From a virus (lineage: Duplodnaviria; Caudoviricetes): a stretch of 52,919 nucleotides of DNA. The stretch spans positions 1 through 52,919 of IMG/VR virus record IMGVR_UViG_3300022223_000005; one strand, 5' to 3'. A program made the translations under genes and the position numbers. The notes under the pieces were generated by a model. That model was given only the letters and a program-made list of their open reading frames with translations, searched no databases and was not told where the DNA came from. Below are positions 9,771 to 17,921 of the stretch, one piece after another. The stretch's first letter is position 1; each line of letters opens with the position of its first letter.

Positions 9771-10346
9771 ATGAATAAAATCCCTACATTAATTCTAATG
9801 ATAATTACATTGTCATTAAGCTCACAAACAACATTTGAAAAATTAAACCCATTTATATCTATCGGTGTTGATCCTAAAATGGCTACAAATGGTCCCGGAC
9901 ACGATTGGGGTAATTCACCTTCATTAGACTATGAAGTTAGAATAGGTTACTATCCAACAAATGAAAATAACATACGTATATGGCACGCATATAAGTCTCA
10001 TAAACGCATAGGCTTTCAGAAATGGACCTATTTGGCTGTCGATAAGAAATTGCAGGTGTTTAGTTGGATGAATCTATATGGAGGCTTAGAGATGTCTGGA
10101 ATAACTCGTAGAAGCTTTACGTATCACTACACAAAACCAAATGATTATTTGAAGTACACTACAAACCCATTGCTTTTTGGTGGGAATTTAGAAGTGCAAA
10201 TAACACCAAGCAAAAGCCGTTTTTCTATTGGACTAAAATGGGCTATGTATCAATCTGAAGATATATTGAAAAAACACAAGAAAGTTAGAAAAGATTTTAC
10301 GATGTCTATTTGTTTTCATTTGTTCAAGCAAAATTTACAAAACTAA
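9771..10346 (+). CDS. exported protein, possible small outer-membrane beta-barrel
   Basis: Signal peptide MNKIPTLILMIITLSLSSQ; alternating strands such as NLYGGLEMS, FGGNLEVQI, FSIGLKW. Confidence 0.5.
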   Translation: MNKIPTLILMIITLSLSSQTTFEKLNPFISIGVDPKMATNGPGHDWGNSPSLDYEVRIGYYPTNENNIRIWHAYKSHKRIGFQKWTYLAVDKKLQVFSWMNLYGGLEMSGITRRSFTYHYTKPNDYLKYTTNPLLFGGNLEVQITPSKSRFSIGLKWAMYQSEDILKKHKKVRKDFTMSICFHLFKQNLQN

Positions 10347-10369
10347 TTCAAAATACAAATACAAATATT

Positions 10370-10627
10370 ATGATTTTAAAAGACGAAAAATTAGGAAATT
10401 ACGAAGTACACCACGATGGTAATAATTATGCTGTGGTAGAAAAAACAGGTTTAAATAAAAAAGGTGAAGAAGTTTTTAAGACACACGCATATTGTTCATC
10501 TATGGCCAATGCACTTAATAGAATAGCTAAAATGCATACCGAAGGTAAAGGGGATACTTATGACTTAAAAACGTATGTTGAAGCGATAACCCGCGCAAAT
10601 GAACGAATAGAATCAGTACTGCATTAA
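10370..10627 (+). CDS. hypothetical protein
   Basis: MILKDEK start after an A-rich leader. Confidence 0.55.
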   Translation: MILKDEKLGNYEVHHDGNNYAVVEKTGLNKKGEEVFKTHAYCSSMANALNRIAKMHTEGKGDTYDLKTYVEAITRANERIESVLH

Positions 10628-10981
10628 TATCTGTATTTATTTTCTCTTGTTTAGTAACCGAGTTTACAACATAAGAAACGACATAAAACAATGTTTCTAG
10701 GCTTAAATCTAAGCAAGTGAATGTAAACCAAAAATTAATCAATAATAAAAAACAGTAGTTATGAAAGCAACAATCAATGAACACGGAAAATTAAGTGTTC
10801 AAGCTGAAACACCCTTGGAATCATATGCATTAGATAGATGGGCTGAGGATAACTTTTTTCTGAAAGAAGAAGGAATTACAAAAACTGAGAATATAATCAT
10901 TAACGTAGGATTTAAATAAAACTGTAGGTAAAATAGCGAGCCTATATTAAATCGCTTAATAATAAATCAATAATATTTAAA

Positions 10982-11344
10982 ATGAAAGAAGCAAACGAAA
11001 CAGTAGGAACAGCAAAACAATTAGTGCCTTTTGGAGAAGCTATTCAAGCCTTAAAACAAGGCAAAAGAGTTCAGCGTCAAGGTTGGAACGGTAAAGGTCT
11101 GTTTATATTTATGCAAGTACCCAGTGTAGTGGCAGGACATATTATACCAAAAATGACTTCCTTACCTCAATCTGTAAAGGATGAATTCGAGAAGAGGAGA
11201 AAAAAATTATCACAAAAAGATCAATCTAATTTTTTTATAAAATACCAAAATCAATTAGTAATGGTTTACCCAGACAACAACATCTATGGATGGGTAGCTA
11301 GTCCAAGTGATGTTTTAGAAAACGATTGGGTTGTATTAGACTAA
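10982..11344 (+). CDS. DUF2829 / Thoeris anti-defence Tad2-like protein
   Basis: FGEAIQALKQGKRVQRQGWNGKGLFIF and GWVASPSDVLENDW, hallmark DUF2829 motifs. Confidence 0.75.
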   Translation: MKEANETVGTAKQLVPFGEAIQALKQGKRVQRQGWNGKGLFIFMQVPSVVAGHIIPKMTSLPQSVKDEFEKRRKKLSQKDQSNFFIKYQNQLVMVYPDNNIYGWVASPSDVLENDWVVLD

Positions 11345-11346
11345 CC

Positions 11347-11372
11347 GAATGCCCTTCGGGGCGTTCATTTTA
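11347..11372 (+). terminator. hairpin/terminator with UUCG loop
   Basis: GAATGCCC-TTCG-GGGCGTTC followed by ATTTT, right after the stop codon. Confidence 0.55.
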
Positions 11373-11381
11373 ATTGTAGTT

Positions 11382-11582
11382 ATGAAAGAATCAAAAGAAA
11401 ATGGTTGGGTAATAGTAAATGAAGATGGAACCATCTATGATTTTACTTTCTGCAGAACTAGAACTGATGCACAAAGTAAATGGGTAGCACTTTGGACTAA
11501 ACCAGACAATTGGAGAGCGCATTATAGAAAAGGAATGAGGTGCGTAAGAGCAAACCAGATAACACAAATACAGCAGAAATAA
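11382..11582 (+). CDS. hypothetical protein
   Basis: MKESKENGW start; stop overlaps the next ATG (TAATG). Confidence 0.5.
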   Translation: MKESKENGWVIVNEDGTIYDFTFCRTRTDAQSKWVALWTKPDNWRAHYRKGMRCVRANQITQIQQK

Positions 11583-11935
11583 TGAGCACACCATTTTCAT
11601 ATGTTGAGAACGAAAAGATTGATTTAAGCAATCAAAAACATCGTGACGAAATAATTAAGAGAAACAAGAATTTAGAAAAAATATGCTCTCAAAAACATTA
11701 TTTGGAGGATATGACTGTACATGTTAGTGCTCAATTTGATATTGATTGTCCTAAATGTGGTTCTATAATAACTGGGGAAACAGACATTGAAGTACAGTTT
11801 GGTACAGAATCAGATATAGCAGATCATTTTGGTGATTTAAGATGTCGTAATTGTGACTTTGGATATTTCAAATTATTAAACCTTCATCAAAACGAATGGA
11901 TGGCAGGTTGCAAACCGAAAACAAATGACAACTAA
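11582..11935 (+). CDS. zinc-ribbon protein
   Basis: CPKCG and CRNCD motifs. Confidence 0.55.
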   Translation: MSTPFSYVENEKIDLSNQKHRDEIIKRNKNLEKICSQKHYLEDMTVHVSAQFDIDCPKCGSIITGETDIEVQFGTESDIADHFGDLRCRNCDFGYFKLLNLHQNEWMAGCKPKTNDN

Positions 11936-11975
11936 AAACAGTAGGTATTGAGGTGCCTAAACAAAACAACAAATC

Positions 11976-12497
11976 ATGGAAGAAATAAAATATAGTATTA
12001 AAAAAACGACAGTTGAAAGTTATAAAGTTAGATGTGACAGTTTTTATTGGGCAGATATTACAATTGATGCAGATGGTAAAATGGGAAGAATACAGATTGT
12101 ATCAGATTTTGGAAGCTGGCAAAATTATTGGGGTGCCTGCGGTTGTTCATTTAAAGAATTTTTACAGAAAATAAATATTGATTATGCGGCAGACAAGTTT
12201 GGCGCTCATAAATGGTTTGATTTAGACCGAACTATTATTTCATTAAAAGAAAGAATCAATGATTACACTGATGATAAAGAGGATTTATTAAAAGAATTAG
12301 AAAGTTTGGAAAGCTCTTCGGGTAAAGATGAATTTATTCACATCATGCATAATTGCGATGAGATAATGAAAATGGAGAATTATTATCCAGATATGATTTA
12401 CTCAATAGAACCAGGTTTTAAAAGATTTTGGAAAGAGGTATGGCCAGTATTCACGAATCAGTTATCAAAAGAATTAGAACAGTCAATTAAACAATAG
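11976..12497 (+). CDS. hypothetical protein
   Basis: 173 aa ORF in operon. Confidence 0.6.
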   Translation: MEEIKYSIKKTTVESYKVRCDSFYWADITIDADGKMGRIQIVSDFGSWQNYWGACGCSFKEFLQKINIDYAADKFGAHKWFDLDRTIISLKERINDYTDDKEDLLKELESLESSSGKDEFIHIMHNCDEIMKMENYYPDMIYSIEPGFKRFWKEVWPVFTNQLSKELEQSIKQ

Positions 12498-12500
12498 ATA

Positions 12501-13331
12501 ATGTGGATTGTACCAAAAAACATATTGAACAACAAAGAATACTATCTTTTTGCTACGGGTACGGAGGTCTCGAAAGAGGAATTTCAGAAATCATTCCCAC
12601 AAGAACTGTCGCTTATGTGGAGATCGAAGCCTTTCAAAACTTCAACCTGGTATCAGCGATGGAATCGGGTATGGTGGATAAAGCACCTATTTGGACGAAT
12701 CTTAAAACCTTCGATGCAAAACCGTTTCATAACAGAATACACGGAATCGTTGGGGGTTATCCGTGCCAAGGGGAAAGCCACGCAGGTAAAAGAGAGTTGT
12801 GGAACGATGAGCGATTCCTTTGGCCTTATATTGAAAAGGCTATCATCGCAACAAACCCTTTTTGGTGCTTCTTCGAAAACGTCTCTGGACACCTTACGGG
12901 ATCTTTCCCCTACATTCTTGACAGCTTACGATCTTTGGGTTACACAGTTGAAGCAGGATTGTTTACAGCGGATGAAGTTGGCGCGCCACACGAGAGAAAA
13001 CGGGTCTTTATACTCGCGATGGGCGACACCCAGGGCGTTTTGTTACAAAGATTCGGATCACGATCGAGGGAAAAGCAATTTAGGGGAGCAAGTAATGAAC
13101 TTTCCGACTCCATCTGCAAGAGATTACAAGGGGGCGAGTTTTGGAGCAAAAGGAAGGGATTGCCTAGATTTTGCTGTAGAAGTAAACAAAACAAAACATT
13201 ATGGCCAGCTAAACGAGGGCAATCACAATACGAATGGGAAGCTTATAGAACGGTTGAACCCGGAGTGGGCTGCACAGTTAATGGGTACAACTTTCGAACA
13301 GAGCTTTTACGCCAGTATGGCAACGGAGTAG
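12501..13331 (+). CDS. alternate-frame methyltransferase partner (beta-like chain carrying TRD-type motifs and motif IX)
   Basis: 276 codons open; WATPRA, FPTPSARDYKG and RLNPEWAAQLMG are typical of phage C5-MTase variable region and motif IX. Confidence 0.7.
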   Translation: MWIVPKNILNNKEYYLFATGTEVSKEEFQKSFPQELSLMWRSKPFKTSTWYQRWNRVWWIKHLFGRILKPSMQNRFITEYTESLGVIRAKGKATQVKESCGTMSDSFGLILKRLSSQQTLFGASSKTSLDTLRDLSPTFLTAYDLWVTQLKQDCLQRMKLARHTRENGSLYSRWATPRAFCYKDSDHDRGKSNLGEQVMNFPTPSARDYKGASFGAKGRDCLDFAVEVNKTKHYGQLNEGNHNTNGKLIERLNPEWAAQLMGTTFEQSFYASMATE

Positions 13332-13393
13332 TAAGTCAAACCGCAGCATTGGCCTTTGAAACATTATTAGATAAAATGACATTAAAACAGTAG
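12503..13393 (+). CDS. C5 cytosine DNA methyltransferase, catalytic (alpha-like) chain
   Basis: Motif I SFCYGYGG, IV GGYPCQ, VI FENV, VIII PHERKRVF, X RQYGNGV; no motif IX evident in this frame. Confidence 0.85.
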   Translation: MDCTKKHIEQQRILSFCYGYGGLERGISEIIPTRTVAYVEIEAFQNFNLVSAMESGMVDKAPIWTNLKTFDAKPFHNRIHGIVGGYPCQGESHAGKRELWNDERFLWPYIEKAIIATNPFWCFFENVSGHLTGSFPYILDSLRSLGYTVEAGLFTADEVGAPHERKRVFILAMGDTQGVLLQRFGSRSREKQFRGASNELSDSICKRLQGGEFWSKRKGLPRFCCRSKQNKTLWPAKRGQSQYEWEAYRTVEPGVGCTVNGYNFRTELLRQYGNGVVSQTAALAFETLLDKMTLKQ

Positions 13394-13394
13394 T

Positions 13395-13730
13395 ATGATG
13401 AATCAGTGTATAGATAGAGAACTAAAAGGCGGATATAATTCTCCTATTTGGAAAAAACAATGCCAATCAACTTTTAAAACTTTGCAAAAAAGCATCTGTA
13501 CTGATTGTGCTAAAGGAGTGCCGAACAATTTTTCAATAATGAGTGATGCTATGGCTATTGATTCTCAAGATCAAACTTCAGCATCTGCAAACATTAATGA
13601 TATTATTGATTGGATTGAGTGGGATGATGAAAAGAAAAAATTTTTATCAATATTCAGAAATAAGGTTGAATGCTCAGAATGTGGAAACCAGATAAAAGGC
13701 AAAGTAGTATTTAACGGATATAATAATTAA
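13395..13730 (+). CDS. Cys-motif hypothetical protein
   Basis: CTDC and CSECG. Confidence 0.5.
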   Translation: MMNQCIDRELKGGYNSPIWKKQCQSTFKTLQKSICTDCAKGVPNNFSIMSDAMAIDSQDQTSASANINDIIDWIEWDDEKKKFLSIFRNKVECSECGNQIKGKVVFNGYNN

Positions 13731-13797
13731 ACAGTAGTTATTTTAATTAGCATAGCAAGAAGCTATATTTTAAGAAGATATTTTAATAAAAAAACAA

Positions 13798-14142
13798 ATG
13801 GAAAATAGAAAAATAAAATTTAGATTTTGGGATAAAGACCTTAAAAAAATGTGTAATAGAAAACCTGCACATAATGATTTTAATCATAAAAATATAATTC
13901 CTTTGGAGTTTACGGGTTTTAAAGATAAAAACGGAATTGAAATATATGAAGGTGATATTTTAAGTGATTGGACTGAAACAGATGAAGGTCTTTTAGAGTC
14001 TAAAATGCAAGTTTTTTGGAACTCTCAAACAGGAAGTTGGCATTTAGATAATAGTAGTAAGCAAGATATGACGTATTCAGTTGACTTATGGCTTGAATTA
14101 AATGACTTTGAATATGAGGTTAAGGGAAATGTTTATAAATAA
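13798..14142 (+). CDS. YopX-family protein
   Basis: RKIKFRFWD..FTGFKDKNGIEIYEGDIL..EVKGNVY. Confidence 0.9.
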   Translation: MENRKIKFRFWDKDLKKMCNRKPAHNDFNHKNIIPLEFTGFKDKNGIEIYEGDILSDWTETDEGLLESKMQVFWNSQTGSWHLDNSSKQDMTYSVDLWLELNDFEYEVKGNVYK

Positions 14143-14427
14143 AATACATTATAATGAGCGAATTCAATAAAAAACAATACGAAGTAGCATTCCAATACAT
14201 TCACCTATGCATTGAAAAGGAAATAATTCCAGATTTGGAAATAGTAAAAAGAATAGATTATGCTACCACTGAAAATGAACTTAAATCAATTGGTAGAGAA
14301 TTGGCAAGTGAAAAATAAATTAAATATCTTTAAAAAACATTTACTGATTTCAGTAATTAGTTGTATATTTGAACCAAAATAGAACATTAACAATTTGAAC
14401 GATGGCGATCATTAAACGCAAACAATC

Positions 14428-14724
14428 ATGAAAAAAATAAAAATAGCATTAGCCGCATTGATCATTTCAATATCATCTTGTAGCACTGATGATGATGCAA
14501 CAAACGAAAACCAAATGATTGACATCACACAAGATGTTGAGGGCAAAAAACTAATAACAACCGTAACAATATTAATTTTTCAATCTGATGGTTGTCGTTA
14601 TGAGTCAGAAATAGACATCAATACAAATCAATCAATATGGATTTCTGCAACTCCATATGATTGTCCAATCTATGGAGGTAATTCAGATATCGATATAATG
14701 GAAAACGATGGTAGCACTGATTAA
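14428..14724 (+). CDS. lipoprotein
   Basis: MKKIKIALAALIISISSC followed by acidic STDDD (Bacteroidota-type lipoprotein signal); own promoter TATATTTG at 14364. Confidence 0.7.
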   Translation: MKKIKIALAALIISISSCSTDDDATNENQMIDITQDVEGKKLITTVTILIFQSDGCRYESEIDINTNQSIWISATPYDCPIYGGNSDIDIMENDGSTD

Positions 14725-14743
14725 TTTAAGATACAAAGTAAAC

Positions 14744-15730
14744 ATGAAAACATACACAGGAAATTTAGTCATAACAAAAGAAAATTATAATAATTTTAAA
14801 GAACTTGTAGAAGTTTCTGGTTCCATCGACGTTAGGGAGAACGCAACACTGACAGCGCCTAAGTTGGAGAAGTCTGGTTACATCTACGTTATGAAGAACG
14901 CAACACTGACAGCGCCTAAGTTGGAGAAGTCTGGTTCCATCGACGTTAGGGAGAACGCAACACTGACAGCGCCTAAGTTGGAGAAGTCTGGTTACATCGA
15001 CGTTAGGGAGAACGCAACACTGACAGCGCCTAAGTTGGAGAAGTCTGGTTACATCTACGTTAGGGAGAACGCAACACTGACAGCGCCTAAGTTGGAGAAG
15101 TCTGGTTACATCTACGTTATGAAGAACGCAACACTGACAGCGCCTAAGTTGGAGAAGTCTGGTTACATCGACGTTAGGGAGAACGCAACACTGACAGCGC
15201 CTAAGTTGGAGAAGTCTGGTTACATCTACGTTATGAAGAACGCAACACTGACAGCGCCTAATTTGGAAATTAAAAGTAACGTTGCCAAGATAAACGACAA
15301 GAAATACAGAGTAATACATAACGATGGAATTGCATTCTTTGTCGAAAGAAGCAGGACAACGAAAGGTATGAATATCCATTATGGTATAATGAGTATCAGT
15401 TGTTCCGAATTAGAAATAACAAGCAAAGAGGCTTTTGTAGTGGATAAGGACGGGTTCAGTGCGCACGCAGAAACCTTGAAGGAGGCCATTGTCGAATTGA
15501 ACTTCAAAATAGTTGCAGAGAAATTAAAGAACGACCCGATACACGAAAACACATTGATTACGGACAACTACTACAGATCTGTAACTGGAGCTTGCAAATT
15601 AGGAATAAAACAATGGAGGGAACAAAACAACATAACCTCTGAGGAAATAACAGCAAAGGAATTGCTTCCAATTCTTGAAAAAACAAAAGCGTACGGACTA
15701 AACAGATTCAAAAAGCTAATTGAATTTTAA
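14744..15730 (+). CDS. 20-aa repeat (beta-solenoid-like) protein
   Basis: About 7.5 copies of SG(S/Y)I(D/Y)V(RE/MK)NATLTAPKLEK; C-terminal YRSVTGACKLG domain. Confidence 0.75.
   Translation: MKTYTGNLVITKENYNNFKELVEVSGSIDVRENATLTAPKLEKSGYIYVMKNATLTAPKLEKSGSIDVRENATLTAPKLEKSGYIDVRENATLTAPKLEKSGYIYVRENATLTAPKLEKSGYIYVMKNATLTAPKLEKSGYIDVRENATLTAPKLEKSGYIYVMKNATLTAPNLEIKSNVAKINDKKYRVIHNDGIAFFVERSRTTKGMNIHYGIMSISCSELEITSKEAFVVDKDGFSAHAETLKEAIVELNFKIVAEKLKNDPIHENTLITDNYYRSVTGACKLGIKQWREQNNITSEEITAKELLPILEKTKAYGLNRFKKLIEF
14814..15266. repeat. 60-bp tandem repeat, about 7.5 units
   Basis: Near-identical units varying at three positions. Confidence 0.9.
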
Positions 15731-15761
15731 CAATTATCACGTTTTTTTTTAATTTAAAGAC

Positions 15762-15798
15762 TTGACACTACCAAAATATTTAGGTGGGGGAGTGTCAA
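15762..15798. mobile_element. 37-bp palindromic IS-end minielement (degenerate RE/RE)
   Basis: TTGACACT-ACCAAAATATTTAGGTGGGGG-AGTGTCAA, right half identical to the IS right end. Confidence 0.75.
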
Positions 15799-15978
15799 GG
15801 CTTTTTTAATCTATTTTCATCAAACAAATCCAAAGTAAATTCATTTAGTGAGAACTCTAATATTGATTTTGATGTTTCTAATTTTTTAATAGACTTCTTT
15901 GATTGAATTATATTTGGCTCGCATTTCTCTAAACTAATTCCGTGTATTAATGTACTGCAGTCTGTTTTAACCATTATT

Positions 15979-16485
15979 TTATTTTTTTGACTCTATTCTG
16001 TAAATGAAATTGCTTTTGTCCTTTGAGCCTTTCGAACTCCCAAAAAAATATTGAAATATTCCTGTTAGACCTGTACCAACTACAACCCCTAGAATGAAGT
16101 TTACAACGTCCCTGTTTTCCTTTGGTATTTCAACAAAGAACAATAGTATAACTACTGAAGCGGAAAACACAAATACACCAATAGCTAAGTAATAAACAAA
16201 TCTCTTGCTAAACTTATCCTCTTGCTGCAATGCCACCTTTTGCATATCCCTTGCATCGGCAATGTCCTTGTAATCCATTTCAATATGCTTGAAAAGTAGT
16301 TCTTTGTCAATAGGATCAATTGTTTTGTCTTTTTCAATCTCTATTTTCAATTCATCCAGGTTAACAGCATCCAAAGCCATATTTAATAGATGTGGTGCAA
16401 TTTTTTTACCACTTTTAGCCAACCACCTCAACGCATTTCCAACATTAGTGCCTTTGCCTCCATTTTTAATTTTCTTGTCGTTCAT
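15979..16485 (-). CDS. holin-like membrane protein
   Basis: DIADARDMQ motif, two hydrophobic helices, C-terminal YFFGSSKGSKDK; in the lysis module. Confidence 0.7.
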   Translation of the reverse strand: MNDKKIKNGGKGTNVGNALRWLAKSGKKIAPHLLNMALDAVNLDELKIEIEKDKTIDPIDKELLFKHIEMDYKDIADARDMQKVALQQEDKFSKRFVYYLAIGVFVFSASVVILLFFVEIPKENRDVVNFILGVVVGTGLTGIFQYFFGSSKGSKDKSNFIYRIESKK

Positions 16486-16539
16486 AATTATGTTATTTAG
16501 TGTTATTGCTAGGTTTTACGGTTTTTCCCGTAATCGTTT

Positions 16540-16863
16540 TTAATCTGTTTTTTTTTCTAGCTGAATATCATTTTGAATTTCAAGGGCTTCCAATTCCTCT
16601 AACTTCTTTTTATTTTCAATTTTTATCGATTCGTTAAGAAGGTCCTTTTCCTTTTCTGTCTTTTTGTTCATTTTGTAGGTATGCAATCCTTTTAATATTA
16701 ATATAGCTAGACCAACTGCACCGACACCTGTGGTTATAGTACTGTCTATGTTCTCAAATATGTCGCCTTTGGTAACAAATGAGAAAATTCGAACTATACT
16801 AATACTCCAGAAACTTATCATAAACGCATCAATGGAGTCATACAAAAATTTTATTGTGTTCAT
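16540..16863 (-). CDS. membrane protein with coiled-coil tail (lysis module)
   Basis: Two hydrophobic segments and a charged C-terminus. Confidence 0.55.
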   Translation of the reverse strand: MNTIKFLYDSIDAFMISFWSISIVRIFSFVTKGDIFENIDSTITTGVGAVGLAILILKGLHTYKMNKKTEKEKDLLNESIKIENKKKLEELEALEIQNDIQLEKKTD

Positions 16864-17249
16864 CGACTCCTTTTTTTATATATTTCATAAAATACAACTA
16901 ATAAAACAGCAATAAATATCTTGACTAAACCAAATTTTTGTTTAGCAAATAAAGCTAAATGCATTATATCAAGTACAGATATAATCATGATCAATCTTGT
17001 AACCTTTTTATCTAAACCCTTATTGTAATGCATACAATATGCCAATATGAAGAAATTTATTACAATTGAATAATGGATAGCTGCAAAATCAATACGGGTA
17101 CATCTTTTAATAAATATTCCTAATTCAATTTCTTTTGGATTCTTATAAAATAATTTAGGGACCAATGATATAACATAGGTCCCTAAAATAATTCCGTTTT
17201 TTAGTTTATAATGGCCCATTTGGATCATCTGTTTCAGGTAGTTCACCAC
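16860..17249 (-). CDS. multi-pass membrane protein
   Basis: About four hydrophobic segments; start uncertain. Confidence 0.5.
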   Translation of the reverse strand: MVNYLKQMIQMGHYKLKNGIILGTYVISLVPKLFYKNPKEIELGIFIKRCTRIDFAAIHYSIVINFFILAYCMHYNKGLDKKVTRLIMIISVLDIMHLALFAKQKFGLVKIFIAVLLVVFYEIYKKRSR

Positions 17250-17379
17250 CTATTTCAGCTTTTCCTTCGTCTCCATCAGTGCTAGTGTCGGCATTATCTT
17301 TGTTTACTGTTTCTGCATTTTCATTTTTTGCATTTTCATTTTCTTGATTTACTGTTTTTTCGTCTTTGTTTTCTGACAT
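17206..17379 (-). CDS. small acidic protein (57 aa, not in the ORF track)
   Basis: MSENKDEKTVNQENEN..ETDDPNGPL; starts 12 nt after the endolysin stop. Confidence 0.5.
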   Translation of the reverse strand: MSENKDEKTVNQENENAKNENAETVNKDNADTSTDGDEGKAEIGGELPETDDPNGPL

Positions 17380-17391
17380 TTTATATAAAGT

Positions 17392-17826
17392 TTAATTAAT
17401 ATTCAATTCTCTAGGCCTTCTGTAATCTAATAATCTATATTTAGGGTATGACGTTATGTTTACTCTGTTAGATTGGTTTCCGCCAAGTATGTAAACGTGT
17501 TTTTCTGTTTCTTTTATAAAGAACCCCACGTGACCTTTCCAACTATTTGGTTTGTCACGCCATAATACAACAATATCTCCCTTTCTAGGGGTTTCTATTG
17601 AGTCTCCAACATTAAGCCAACTTCTAGCATTCAACTTGTTTGATGTTTCCACATTAGCTTTCATACAAACCCAATTAACAAAAGCGCTGCACCATGGAGT
17701 TTCATCATTTTGTATATTTTTGAAGCCTATTTCATTGAAAAATGAAACTACCCTTGAATTGTGTTTTGCCCCTGGAATTTCCCTTACATCATATTGATCC
17801 AAGGCTATATCAATTATTTTTTGCAT
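17392..17826 (-). CDS. endolysin, TIGR02594/CHAP-like peptidoglycan hydrolase
   Basis: DETPWCSAFVNW, ARSWL, GHVGFF, LGGNQSN. Confidence 0.9.
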   Translation of the reverse strand: MQKIIDIALDQYDVREIPGAKHNSRVVSFFNEIGFKNIQNDETPWCSAFVNWVCMKANVETSNKLNARSWLNVGDSIETPRKGDIVVLWRDKPNSWKGHVGFFIKETEKHVYILGGNQSNRVNITSYPKYRLLDYRRPRELNIN

Positions 17827-17921
17827 ATCTATTTTTTAAGATTCAAATATATATTTAAAATTAAAAAAGAAAATTAATGAATTCATTATTTAATTAATTT
17901 TCTTTCAACAAATGATTAACA

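Noticed and set aside
14814-15266. 60-bp repeats as a CRISPR array or DGR template
   Set aside because: In-frame coding repeats, no spacers, and no reverse transcriptase in the window
14765-15379. Cys-rich 204 aa antisense ORF
   Set aside because: Shadow of the stop-free tandem repeat
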